From Pirellulales bacterium (GTDB lineage: Bacteria > Planctomycetota > Planctomycetia > Pirellulales > JAICIG01), in the NCBI GenBank assembly GCA_035533075.1, contig DATLUO010000255.1, positions 7,673 through 71,672 of the forward strand: a DNA stretch of 64,000 bases, in the 5' to 3' direction. The position numbers were made by a program, and so were the translations under genes. The stretch's first letter is position 1. Every line of letters begins with the position of its first letter. The notes beneath the pieces were generated by a model. The model was not told the origin of the DNA and ran no database searches. It saw only the letters and a list, made by a program, of their open reading frames with translations. Below, piece by piece: positions 26,345 through 39,214 of the stretch.

Positions 26345-27489
26345 TACTCGTTGCTGGTATCGCGCAGCAACGGCTCCATGGCCTTGGTATTGCGTTCCAC
26401 GGCCAGCACGATCGTGCGTTGCTCGAAGCCATCGTGACTGGCGGCCACGGCGGGAATCACCTGGCGGCAGTTCGGCAGGCTGAAACGCATGGTGAATGTG
26501 CCGTCGGGCCGCAGCTTCACGGGCTCGCCTTGCAACGTCACGTGGGCGTTGGGCTCGGTCGAACCGAACACGAGCAGCTCGGCATCAAGCTCGAAGTGAA
26601 AGCCCCGCTTGCGGAGCAACATGTCGGCGATGCCCGCTCCGTACTGCGTCACCATGGGCGAGCCCATGGGTCGCCGCAGACGTTCCTCGAACAGTTGCTG
26701 CAGCTCGCCGGCGGTGTGCGGTTCGTAGCCGCCGCTCATGGCGAAAATCTTGTCGAAATTCTCCGCCACTTCCGACCAGTTCTCGTCGATCGCGTCGCTG
26801 GCGCCGGCCTTGGGGGTGGTCACCGTGTTGCTCCGCGCCAATACAAAGAACTTGCCGCCGGGCGCGAGATATCCGACATCGACGCGATAGCTTTGCGGCG
26901 GGTTTTTGACGTCGATGTACCAATCGTTGACGCCGCCGTGGACTTCGATGTCGCGCACCGGTCGCTCGGCCGAGCTGGTGGTCGTGCCGACGGTCACTTC
27001 ATAGAGCCGCAGCACCGGCCGGGCGGCGTGCCATTCCTGGCCCAGGGCCGCTTGAGCGCGAGTCACGCTGTGGCGGCAGACCTGCCAGCAGGCGTGCAGC
27101 CAAAACGGCCCGCGCACCATGACCACCAGCCGGTCTTTGACGGCGCCGTTGCCGTTCGCCTCGTCCGACAGGTCTTTGTCGTTCATCAGCTTGGCCTTGG
27201 CTTCGGCCAGCTTGCGCGCGATCTGCGGGTTGCGCGGCTTGGGCCGCGCCGCGTGGGAGCGGCCGTTGGACTTCGCCACCGCGATGGCCACGGGCGAGCG
27301 ACGCACGGCCGGCTTGGAATGTCCGTTCTTGGCTTGTGCGGCTCCGTTGCGGGCCGCTCGGGCGGCTAATCGCACCAGGGCCTTCACAAGCTGCTCTTTG
27401 CGCATCGTGTGCCAGCCGTGAATGCCCCGCCGTTTGGCCATTTGGGCCAGATCCTTGACGCTCTTGTTGCTCAGTGTCTCTGCCGTCAT
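26344..27489 (-). CDS. DUF4912 domain-containing protein with an N-terminal Rho_N/SAP-like helix
   Basis: 381 aa. SVKDLAQMAKRRGIHGWHTMRKEQLVKAL, then DRLVVMVRGPFWLHACWQV..WYIDV..YRVDVGY, typical of DUF4912. Confidence 0.8.
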   Translation of the reverse strand: MTAETLSNKSVKDLAQMAKRRGIHGWHTMRKEQLVKALVRLAARAARNGAAQAKNGHSKPAVRRSPVAIAVAKSNGRSHAARPKPRNPQIARKLAEAKAKLMNDKDLSDEANGNGAVKDRLVVMVRGPFWLHACWQVCRHSVTRAQAALGQEWHAARPVLRLYEVTVGTTTSSAERPVRDIEVHGGVNDWYIDVKNPPQSYRVDVGYLAPGGKFFVLARSNTVTTPKAGASDAIDENWSEVAENFDKIFAMSGGYEPHTAGELQQLFEERLRRPMGSPMVTQYGAGIADMLLRKRGFHFELDAELLVFGSTEPNAHVTLQGEPVKLRPDGTFTMRFSLPNCRQVIPAVAASHDGFEQRTIVLAVERNTKAMEPLLRDTSNE

Positions 27490-27733
27490 CGCTTACCGAA
27501 TCTCCCCGAGTTGAAGCTATTGCTGCTGCACGTTCATTACCCTCGATCCGGCTGTCCCTGGCCGCGTTGGGCAGCCCGAACAGGCGGTCCGCCGTCCGGG
27601 AGCTGCGGCGCGCACGTCCGACGCGCCGGCGAATTGCCAACCACGGCCCCGACGATTTCCGGAGAAGAGCCGCAATTCCAGCCATTTTGAGTGTAACCAG
27701 CATCGTAGCCAACCGCAAGTGGCGGCCCGCTCC

Positions 27734-27832
27734 CGTAAGGCGGGACAAGCGAGCTTGCGAGCGCCGGCCACCACCGGCCCGACGTCATTTACGGTGGGCC
27801 GGCGCTCGCACGCGCGCTGGTTCCACCTTACA
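27734..27832. repeat. Two REP-like elements in inverted orientation
   Basis: cgtaaggcgggacaagcgagcttgcgagcgccggccacc (27734-27772) and ggtgggccggcgctcgcacgcgcgctggttccaccttacac (27793-27833). Confidence 0.85.
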
Positions 27833-27923
27833 CAAGTCCTTGCGACCAGACTGTTTGTGAAATGACTCGCTACTTCGTGAAAAAAAGCACGAATTCACAC
27901 TCGCGCCCCGTTGACACCCCAAA

Positions 27924-28289
27924 TTGCCTCAATTAGATTACCAACCTTACATGAATCAAGGCGGATTTGCCGCGAACGTTCTTCGCTCTGGTGGTTCGCC
28001 GGTGAAATCTTCCTCCAACGAGCCGTCACCCGTCGCCGAGGCGATGACCTGGGTATCGCGCGTGCTGGCGGTCGTGGCGATGATGGTGCTGCCGGGTTTG
28101 GCGGGCCAGTGGCTCGACAAGCGTTGGGGAACCGGCTTTCTGGGCTTGATCGGGTTCGCAGTGGGACTGGTGTCGGGCATGGGTTATTTATTGGCGATGA
28201 CGAAGCTTCCGCCGCGTGGGCGGTCGGGCGACGGTTCGTCGGATGACGGTTTGTCGGATGACGGTGTACGCGGTGCGAAAAAGGACTGA
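27924..28289 (+). CDS. AtpZ/AtpI-family small membrane protein (start uncertain)
   Basis: ORF at the head of the atp operon. Two hydrophobic helices with the pattern VLPGLAGQWLDKRWGTGFLGLIGFAVGLVSG. Confidence 0.6.
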   Translation: MPQLDYQPYMNQGGFAANVLRSGGSPVKSSSNEPSPVAEAMTWVSRVLAVVAMMVLPGLAGQWLDKRWGTGFLGLIGFAVGLVSGMGYLLAMTKLPPRGRSGDGSSDDGLSDDGVRGAKKD

Positions 28290-28293
28290 CGCC

Positions 28294-28731
28294 ATGCGCA
28301 ACCAACTCAATTATCGAAGCGGTCTTGGCCTGCCGGCGGCATGCATCGTGTTGGCCCTGTGCGTGGGAGCGGCCGGTGGTCTGGCCAGTTTCGTGGCGCA
28401 CGGCCGGCATGGCGCCGTCTCGGCAGTGGCCGTCGGAGTGGCTGCCCTGACGTGCTGGTTGTCGGCGACGGCGGCCCTGTTGTTGGCGGGCCGGTTGGCG
28501 GCGACGCGGTGGTGCATTCAAGGAATTATGGCGGCCGGCTTCGTACGGTTTTCACTGCCTCTGATGGTTGTGGCCGCGTCGGCTCTGGTGCAAGGGCCGC
28601 TATCGCGTGCCGGGTTGTTCGGATACATGGTTGTTTTTTTCTTGCTGACGATGGGCGTTGAGACGTTGCTCTTAGTCGGCGTCATCCGCGCGTCGAGCGT
28701 TCAGAGCCGTGCGGCCTGGAGGGGGTTGTAG
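28294..28731 (+). CDS. ATP synthase protein I-like membrane protein
   Basis: ATG 28294 lies 5 nt after the preceding stop. Four hydrophobic segments. It sits immediately upstream of atpB. Confidence 0.55.
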   Translation: MRNQLNYRSGLGLPAACIVLALCVGAAGGLASFVAHGRHGAVSAVAVGVAALTCWLSATAALLLAGRLAATRWCIQGIMAAGFVRFSLPLMVVAASALVQGPLSRAGLFGYMVVFFLLTMGVETLLLVGVIRASSVQSRAAWRGL

Positions 28732-28734
28732 GGC

Positions 28735-29676
28735 ATGGCCGAGCCTATTTTGCACATTAAGGACGGTTACTTCTTCGAAGTGCCGAAAGTCCTTTGGCGA
28801 TATCACTTTGAGAGCATCGACGACGTGAAGGAGCAGTACCCGTTTCTCGTCAAGGCGCACCCCGCTGCGACGGTTGCTGACTTCAACCGAGGGCTGTCCG
28901 GCAAAATCATCATCCCACAGCCCTTTGCCACGCTTGAGAATCTGCACGACAAGGCGTCAGGCTTCGCGATCTCCAAGTTCATGATCTTGGAAGTCGTGAT
29001 CGGACTCGTTCTCGTGTTCGTTTTTTCCTGGCTGGCCCAGCGGATTGCGACCGGTGGGCCGCCGCGCGGAAAGCTATGGAACCTGTTCGAGTCGGCGTTG
29101 CTGTTCGTTCGCGATGAAGTGGCGCTGCCCGCCATGGGCAAGCACGACGCGGAACGGTTCACGCCCCTGCTGTGGACCATGTTTTTCTTCGTTCTGTTTT
29201 GCAACTTGTTTGGCCTCTTGCCGTGGCTGGGCGCGCCGACCGGTGCGTTTGCCGTCACGTTCGGCCTGGCGTGCGTCACCTTTGCCACCACACTGGTTTC
29301 GGGAATCAAGCAATTCGGCTTTGTCGGTTTCTGGCTCAATCTTGTGCCGCACATGGAGCTTCCCTGGTGGCTTGTACCGCTGAAGATGCCTATCTTCGCG
29401 ATCGAACTCCTAAGTCTGGTGATCAAGCACATCATCCTTAGCGTTCGTCTTTTGGCCAACATGGTGGCCGGGCATTTGGTGCTGCTGGGAATCTTGGGGC
29501 TGATTGCGGTAGCCGCTGACCGTCCGAGCACGGCCCACTGGCTGATGGTCGCGGGCATTAGCGTGACGAGCTCGACTTTGTTCAGCTTCCTGGAGCTTTT
29601 TGTTGCATTTTTACAGGCCTATGTGTTTACCTTTTTGTCCGCTCTATTCATCGGCGCGGCGGTCCACCATCACTAG
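28735..29676 (+). CDS. atpB: F0F1 ATP synthase subunit a
   Basis: 313 aa. Conserved Arg helix ILSVRLLANMVAGHLVL. Polytopic. Confidence 0.92.
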   Translation: MAEPILHIKDGYFFEVPKVLWRYHFESIDDVKEQYPFLVKAHPAATVADFNRGLSGKIIIPQPFATLENLHDKASGFAISKFMILEVVIGLVLVFVFSWLAQRIATGGPPRGKLWNLFESALLFVRDEVALPAMGKHDAERFTPLLWTMFFFVLFCNLFGLLPWLGAPTGAFAVTFGLACVTFATTLVSGIKQFGFVGFWLNLVPHMELPWWLVPLKMPIFAIELLSLVIKHIILSVRLLANMVAGHLVLLGILGLIAVAADRPSTAHWLMVAGISVTSSTLFSFLELFVAFLQAYVFTFLSALFIGAAVHHH

Positions 29677-29735
29677 CCAACGCTAGAGCGGTGAGCCGGC
29701 CGCCGACCCACTTTGACGCGAAGGAGATTGAAACC

Positions 29736-30083
29736 GTGGTAAGATTTGTTCGTGTTCCGGCACTCGTCATGATGCTGATGACGCTGGGATTGGCGGCGCC
29801 CGCGTTGGCGCAAGAAGAGAACCAAGGCGCTGGCGCGGCGGCCGCGGGGGTTGCCGCCGGTCGGGCACTCATCAATTTGAGCGGCGCCATCGGTTGCGGC
29901 CTGGTCGTGATCGGGGCCGGATATGGCATTGGCCGGCTGGCTGGATCGGCTCTGGAGAGCATGGCACGCCAGCCCGAGGTGGCCGGCAATATCCAGGTGG
30001 CGATGATCATCGCCGCGGCGTTGATCGAAGGTTTCACCTTTTACGCGCTGTTTATTTGTTCGCAAGAGAACCCGTTTAAGTGA
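29736..30083 (+). CDS. atpE: F0F1 ATP synthase subunit c with an N-terminal signal-like extension
   Basis: AAGGAG (29721-29726) lies 9 nt before GTG 29736; the ORF is open from 29691. Motifs: GAGYGIGRLAGSALESMARQPE and the ion-binding helix AAALIEGFTFYALF. Confidence 0.88.
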   Translation: MVRFVRVPALVMMLMTLGLAAPALAQEENQGAGAAAAGVAAGRALINLSGAIGCGLVVIGAGYGIGRLAGSALESMARQPEVAGNIQVAMIIAAALIEGFTFYALFICSQENPFK

Positions 30084-30127
30084 TCGCGACGACAGTTATC
30101 GCCCAGCGACTCGCAGGTGGAATTGCC

Positions 30128-30790
30128 ATGATCGTATGCCGTCTTTTCTTGGTGGCCGCCGCCCTAGGTTGGTTAAGCGCCGTGCCCGCACTGAGCACGG
30201 CCAACGCAGCACAGCACGGTGAAGCGGCCCACGGGGGCGGCGAGGCCCGACACGGGGCCCACTTTGGCCAGGAGGACGTCGATCTCGATCCCTCGGAGCT
30301 CAAAGGCGATCTGGCGATCTTTACCTTCATCGTGTTTCTGTTGCTGGTCGGCATTCTGTGGAAATTCGCCTGGGGGCCGATCTCGCAGGGGCTGGAAAAA
30401 CGCGAGCAGCATATCGCCGAGCAGATCGCGGCGGCGGAACGGGCCAACGCTGAAGCCAAGCAGTTGCTGACCGACTACGAGCACAAGCTGGCCAGCGCGC
30501 AAGACGAGGTGCGGGCCATCATCGAGGAAGCGCGTCGCGATGCCACCCACACGCAGCAGGGAATCCTGGCGCAGGCGCGGGCCGATGCCGCCGCCGAAAT
30601 GGACCGCGCCAAACGCGAAATCGAAACGGCCAAGGATCAGGCCCTGCGCGAGCTGGCCGAGACCAGCGCCAACCTGGCCGTCGAGTTGGCCGGCAAGGTC
30701 ATTCGCACCCAGCTCGACGCCCATCAACACGCCCAGTTGGTGACCGAAGCGCTGTCGCGATTCCCTGCTGCCAGCCCGAGTCGGAATTGA
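30128..30790 (+). CDS. atpF: F0F1 ATP synthase subunit b
   Basis: ATG 30128 is preceded by AGGTGG; the ORF is open from 30080. One TM segment, then a long charged helix EKREQHIAEQIAAAERANAEAKQLL. Confidence 0.85.
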   Translation: MIVCRLFLVAAALGWLSAVPALSTANAAQHGEAAHGGGEARHGAHFGQEDVDLDPSELKGDLAIFTFIVFLLLVGILWKFAWGPISQGLEKREQHIAEQIAAAERANAEAKQLLTDYEHKLASAQDEVRAIIEEARRDATHTQQGILAQARADAAAEMDRAKREIETAKDQALRELAETSANLAVELAGKVIRTQLDAHQHAQLVTEALSRFPAASPSRN

Positions 30791-30846
30791 GTAGCGAATT
30801 CAACGAGTGAGCAAGCGTCAGCGGGACGGCCTAGGAAGGCCATCCT

Positions 30847-30877
30847 CCTGAACCCTGAACCCCGAACCCTGAACCCT
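30847..30877. repeat. CCTGAAC heptamer array ending 3 nt before the atpH ATG
   Basis: cctgaaccctgaaccccgaaccctgaaccct followed by ttcATG (30881). Confidence 0.9.
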
Positions 30878-30880
30878 TTC

Positions 30881-33011
<2,131 letters not shown>

Positions 33012-33095
33012 TAAGCCAACACCGATTAGGGCGGCCATGACGGGATCAGGTGTCTGGCGACAATTCCAGCACCACGTAAAGGCGAGATTACCGAA

Positions 33096-33503
33096 ATGGA
33101 CGAGCAGACAAATCCGTATGGTGCGCCCCAGGCCGCCGTCGAGCCAACAGCTACTTCGGCGTTACCCGACAAAGATGTGAGGATGTGGGCGATGTTGTGC
33201 CATCTGTCGGCGTTGTCGCTGTACTTTACCGGACTGGGGTTCATTCTTGGGCCGCTGATTGTTTGGCTGGTCAAGAAAGACGATCATCCATTGATCGACG
33301 ACCAGGGGAAAGAGTCACTCAACTTCGAGATCTCAATGCTGATTTACTACGTCATTGCGGGTCTTTCGATTTTCTGTTTCATCGGGATAGCATTGTTACC
33401 CTTACTGCACATCCTGCATATTGTTTTCATCATCGTGGCGTCGGTGAGGGCGAACAACGGAGACGCGTACCGATACCCATTGACGATCCGACTCATTAAG
33501 TAA
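33096..33503 (+). CDS. DUF4870 domain-containing membrane protein inserted between atpA and atpG
   Basis: 135 aa. DVRMWAMLCHLSALSLYFTGLGFILGPLIVWLVKKDDHPLIDDQGKESLNFEISMLIY matches the DUF4870 pattern. The DNA is visibly AT-richer than the flanking atp genes. Confidence 0.8.
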   Translation: MDEQTNPYGAPQAAVEPTATSALPDKDVRMWAMLCHLSALSLYFTGLGFILGPLIVWLVKKDDHPLIDDQGKESLNFEISMLIYYVIAGLSIFCFIGIALLPLLHILHIVFIIVASVRANNGDAYRYPLTIRLIK

Positions 33504-33522
33504 CGCCCCACTCAGCGACAGC

Positions 33523-34403
33523 ATGGCCAAAGCCCGAGCACTCGATAAACGCCGCAAGTCGATCAAGAACATCCGCAAGATCACGCGGACGATGGAACTG
33601 ATCGCGACCGCGCGCTTCAAGAAGGCGATGGACCGCGCCGCCGCGGCCACCGCCTATACGAAACGCATCACGGCGTTGGTCGCCGACCTGGCCCGCACCG
33701 GGCTAGAAGTCAGCCACCCCTTGCTCGAAGCCCGCGAGGAAACGAAGCACGCCGTGCTGCTCGTGCTCACGGGCAACCGCGGCCTGTGCGGCGGCTACAA
33801 CTCCAACGTGCAGCGCGTCGGCATGCTGCGCTACCATGAGTTGAAAGCGGCCGTCCCTCGCGTCACGCTCGAAGTATCGGGCAAGCGCGGCATCTCGGCG
33901 TTTCGTTTTCGCGAGGTCACGCCCGACCGCACTTACACGCACTTCGAAGACAAGCCCAGCTTCGACGAAGTCGACGTTTTGGCGAACCGTTATCTGGAGG
34001 AATACGCGACCGGTCAATTTGATCGGCTCGTCGTGGCCTACACGCGCTTCGACGGCATTGCCCGGCAGGTGGCCACCGTCGAAACGCTGTTGCCGCTCGG
34101 CTCGTTGACGGGCGCCGAGGATCAACGCGACGAACAGCGCAGCCACGTGCAATACGAGTTTCTGCCCTCCGCGGAAAGCATTTTGGAAGAAGTGGTGCCC
34201 ACGAGCTTCAAGGTGAAGCTTTTCAAGTGCTTCCTCGATGCGGCGGTGAGCGAGCAGGTGGCCCGCATGGTGGCCATGAAGGCCGCTACCGAGAACGCCG
34301 ACAAGCTGATCAAACAACTATCGATGACCTACAACCGTGCCCGGCAAAGCCAGATTACTGGCGAGATCATGGAAGTGCTCGGCGGGGTTGAAGCGTTGAA
34401 ATA

Positions 34404-34404
<1 letters not shown>
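33523..34404 (+). CDS. atpG: F0F1 ATP synthase subunit gamma
   Basis: 293 aa. N-terminus RRKSIKNIRKITRTMELIATARFKKA and C-terminus YNRARQSQITGEIMEVLGGVEAL. Confidence 0.95.
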
Positions 34405-35962
<1,558 letters not shown>

Positions 35963-35964
<2 letters not shown>

Positions 35965-35987
35965 TTTTGGATTTTCGATTTTGGATT
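35963..35987. repeat. GATTTTG heptamer array overlapping the atpD stop codon
   Basis: gattttggattttcgattttggatt. Confidence 0.85.
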
Positions 35988-36002
35988 GGCTGGGCCGCAC
36001 GT

Positions 36003-36042
36003 CGTAAGGTGCGGCCAGCGAGCTTGCGAACGCCGGCCCACC
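36003..36042. repeat. REP-like imperfect palindrome, forward orientation
   Basis: cgtaaggtgcggccagcgagcttgcgaacgccggcccacc. Confidence 0.85.
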
Positions 36043-36062
36043 GCAAATGGCGTTCATTGATT

Positions 36063-36085
36063 CTGAACCCTGAACCCTGAACCCT
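36063..36085. repeat. CTGAACC heptamer array ending 3 nt before the atpC ATG
   Basis: ctgaaccctgaaccctgaaccct followed by taaATG (36089). Confidence 0.9.
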
Positions 36086-36088
36086 TAA

Positions 36089-36535
36089 ATGGACCCGCAC
36101 GAGAGCACTCGCTCGCACATTTTACAATTGGTCGTCGTCACGCCCGAAGCGACGGTGCTCGACGAGACGGCGGAGTTCGTGGCGTTGCCGCTGTTTGACG
36201 GCGAGATCGGCATTGCGCCCCTTCACAGCCCGATGATCGGCCGGCTCGGTTATGGAGAGATGCGGGTGACGCATGGCGGTCGCGTTGCGCGCTATTATCT
36301 CGACGGCGGTTTCGTGCAAGTCGTGGATGACGTGGTCAGCGTCTTAACCGGGCGCGCCTTGCCGGCCGGCACTCTCGACGCCGAAGTGGCGGTGGAGCAA
36401 CTCAACGAGGCCCGTCGCCGCCCCTCGAACACGCTGGAACTGATGGGCCTTCGCGACCGGGCCGAACTTCAGGCCCGGGCGCAACTTCGCGTGGCCCGAC
36501 ATGCGGGGGCAGCAGTTCACTCGGCAAACCACTGA
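36089..36535 (+). CDS. atpC: F0F1 ATP synthase subunit epsilon
   Basis: 148 aa. LQLVVVTPEATVLDETAEFVALPLFDGEIGIAPLHSPMIGRL, typical of the epsilon N-terminal beta-sandwich. Confidence 0.9.
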   Translation: MDPHESTRSHILQLVVVTPEATVLDETAEFVALPLFDGEIGIAPLHSPMIGRLGYGEMRVTHGGRVARYYLDGGFVQVVDDVVSVLTGRALPAGTLDAEVAVEQLNEARRRPSNTLELMGLRDRAELQARAQLRVARHAGAAVHSANH

Positions 36536-36744
36536 ATGCCGCTCGGTTTGAGCAGAATCATCGACGAGCCGGCTTGGATTGTCTGCCGCCAGCTTAAGTG
36601 CTGATCCGGTGGACTTCGCTGCGGAGACTTCATTCCTGAGCGACTTTAGCCCTTGTCGGTGGCGGGTTTCGTTTTGGGGGGGCCGAAAGTCTTAAAGTCA
36701 TCCCCAGTCTTGGAAATATGTCAGCAATGACATAGAATGCCGTG

Positions 36745-37084
36745 ATGGTGACCGTGGATAAGCCGCTGGTTTGGCTGCACGGCGAGGTGAAAACGCCTCC
36801 ATATTTCCGCTACCGCGCGACGCGAAGCCGGATTCTTGTTGCGACAGTTGCAACTCGGAGGGTCGCTGTCGTTGCCGCATTCGCGGCCGATGCCGTCGAT
36901 TGGCTTAGCCGTTCATGAACTTCGTATCAAGGATGCCGGCCACGAATGGAGGGTGATTTATCGTATTGATGCCGATGCGATCGTCATTGCCGAGGTTTTC
37001 GCAAAGCGCTCGCGTACGACTCCGCAGATGGTTATCGAGCGTTGCCAAAAGAGATACCAGCAGTACGATTCCTTTGCAAAGTGA
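36745..37084 (+). pseudogene. HigB/RelE-superfamily toxin (Gp49/DUF891-like) with a 1-nt insertion frameshift
   Basis: ATG 36745: MVTVDKPLVWLHGEVKTPP. One extra base follows in ccaTatttcc. The frame-shifted continuation is ISATARREAGFLLRQLQLGGSLSLPHSRPMPSIG..HELRIKDAGHEWRVIYRIDADAIVIAEVFAKRSRTTP. Confidence 0.7.
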
Positions 37085-37093
37085 GCGACTTAG

Positions 37094-37441
37094 ATGGATG
37101 CCAAGAAGCGACATCGCCTTGAACAGGCGGGATGGAAAGTGGGAACGGTGCAGGAGTTCCTGCAGTTGTCGGATGCCGATGCCGCGTACATCGACATCAA
37201 AGCAAAGCTGGCTGCCTCGCTTGCTGCGCGGCGATCGGCTAAACGGTACACTCAGGAGCAGGTAGCCAAACTGCTCGGTTCGAGCCAATCTCGCGTGGCC
37301 AAAATGGAAATCGCCGACGGCTCGGTATCACTCGACCTGCTTGTCAGGTCGTTGCTGGCGTTAGGCGCGAAGCCGAGCGAAATCGCGCAAGCGATTCGTC
37401 AACCACGGCGCGCGCTTGCAGGAGAAGACAAGGATCTGTAG
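37094..37441 (+). CDS. XRE-family HTH antitoxin (HigA-like)
   Basis: 115 aa. LAARRSAKRYTQEQVAKLLGSSQSRVAKMEIADGSVSLDLLVRSLLALG. It starts 9 nt after the toxin stop. Confidence 0.8.
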   Translation: MDAKKRHRLEQAGWKVGTVQEFLQLSDADAAYIDIKAKLAASLAARRSAKRYTQEQVAKLLGSSQSRVAKMEIADGSVSLDLLVRSLLALGAKPSEIAQAIRQPRRALAGEDKDL

Positions 37442-37560
37442 GTGTTGTGCCCGTGGGCAAGGGCTAAAGCCACGGTCGAAAAGCCCGGCTAAAGCCGGCT
37501 CAAAAATTCTCGAATGTGGGCGTCAACCACCAGCTAAAGCTCGTGGCAAACAAGTAACAG

Positions 37561-37579
37561 AATCCAAAATCCAAAATCG
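37561..37579. repeat. ATCCAAA heptamer run ending 2 nt before the esterase ATG
   Basis: aatccaaaatccaaaatcg followed by cgATG (37582). Confidence 0.8.
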
Positions 37580-37581
37580 CG

Positions 37582-38505
37582 ATGTCTCTCGATCCTGAAG
37601 CCCGAATCCTCGCCCAGGCCGCGGTCGGCGCTGCGCCAATGCACCTGCAAACGCCGGCTGAGGCTCGGGCGGCGATGCTGGCACAAACGGCCGGCCTCGG
37701 AACGCCGGAGCAGGTCGCAAGGATCGAAGACCTTTCGGTGCCCGGCAAACATGGCGGCATTCCCGTTCGCGTCTACACTCCGGAAGGACAGGGGCCGTTC
37801 ACGGGCCTGGTCTACTTTCATGGCGGCGGCTGGGTGATCGGCAGCATCGACACGCACGACGCCCTTTGCCGCTCGATCGCCAACGCGGCCGGCTGCGTCG
37901 TCGTCTCCGTCGAGTATCGCCTCGCTCCCGAGCACCCCTATCCGGCGGCCAGCGAAGACGCCTACTCGGCCACCTGCTGGGTGGCCGAGCATGCGGGGCG
38001 GCTGGGCATCGATCCCCTGCGTCTGGCGGTCGGAGGCGACAGTGCCGGCGGCAACCTGGCCGCGGTCGTCAGCCTGATGGCACGCGACCGGTCGGGTCCG
38101 CGGCTGGCGTTGCAACTGCTCCTGTATCCGATCACCGATTACGACCTCGACACCGCTTCTTATCTGCGCTACGCCGACGGCTATTTATTGACGCGCGACG
38201 CCATGGCCTGGTTCTGGCGGCAGTATTTGCCCGACGGCGTTTCGCCCGACGGTCCTTATATTTCGCCGCTGCGCGTCGCCGATCTCTCCGGCCTGCCGCC
38301 GGCCTTGGTGATCACGGCGGAGTGCGATCCGCTGTGCGACGAGGGGCTGGCCTACGCAGAGCGGCTGAAGGCGGCCGGCGTCGAAGTCGCCGCGACTTGT
38401 TATCGCGGCATGATCCACGGCTTTATCCGCCGCCACCGCCTGCTCCGCCAAGGCCGCAAGGGGCTGGAGGAATTGGCGTCGTGTTTACGCTTGCTATGCC
38501 CGTGA
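37582..38505 (+). CDS. Alpha/beta hydrolase, hormone-sensitive-lipase-type esterase
   Basis: 307 aa. HGGGW oxyanion motif, GDSAGGNLAA nucleophile elbow, and a C-terminal MIHGF. Confidence 0.9.
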   Translation: MSLDPEARILAQAAVGAAPMHLQTPAEARAAMLAQTAGLGTPEQVARIEDLSVPGKHGGIPVRVYTPEGQGPFTGLVYFHGGGWVIGSIDTHDALCRSIANAAGCVVVSVEYRLAPEHPYPAASEDAYSATCWVAEHAGRLGIDPLRLAVGGDSAGGNLAAVVSLMARDRSGPRLALQLLLYPITDYDLDTASYLRYADGYLLTRDAMAWFWRQYLPDGVSPDGPYISPLRVADLSGLPPALVITAECDPLCDEGLAYAERLKAAGVEVAATCYRGMIHGFIRRHRLLRQGRKGLEELASCLRLLCP

Positions 38506-39214
38506 CCGCAGCCACCACCAAAGGCAGCTTGCCCATTTGTCGCTCTCCGTAGAATAGGAATAGACGCTTCAATCGTGTCGTTCCGCCTCTTTTGACTTGG
38601 CTGCCGGATTGCGAAGATCGCCGGCTTCGTCAGGACTGGATCGACCGCTTCGGCCGCTATGAATGGGAAAACTTTCTAAAGAACAGCCCCGGTCTGAATC
38701 GAAACTACCTTTCGGAAGGCTTAGAGCGCGACGGACACGCCGCACCGGATTGTCCGCCGCCGCCGCGAGCCGCAGGGGGGAACCTGCCCGCAAGGCCAGG
38801 CCTTGAACGTGCTCGGCTGCCGACCTTTCTTCGGCCGCACGAGCAGGTTGGCCGGCACTCTCTCCTGCCTCGGCTTTGCGAGGCGTGTTATCGGGACGTG
38901 AGCGAATCTCCGGAGCGGTCTGGTTAGCCGACGACTTCTCCATATTACGGATTTTCACTGACTTCCGAGCGCCCTTTTGCCGATGAGCCTAGTAGGGCCG
39001 GATCAGAGGGATCTGACCATCGCCATGAAAAAAGAGAACGTATCAACCCCGACCCAGGTGTTTGCGGTGGCTGGTTGCTCACCCACAGCCGGCAAGAAGG
39101 AGCGCGCGACAGCCGCTGCTGCCGCAGACAAAAGGGGTAAGAGCTCGCCTCGCGGCCGCGTGCCGACGGCGAGTCATTCCAAACCAACGCGATAGTAAAA
39201 TCGGAGAGCCTGCG

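Noticed and set aside
38569-38958. Overlapping ORFs 38569..38958 (-) and 38592..38927 (+) in the ~700-bp gap before the HTH-REC gene
   Set aside because: Both are low-complexity and overlap each other on opposite strands. Neither has an RBS or a family signal, and neither can be preferred, so the region is left unannotated.
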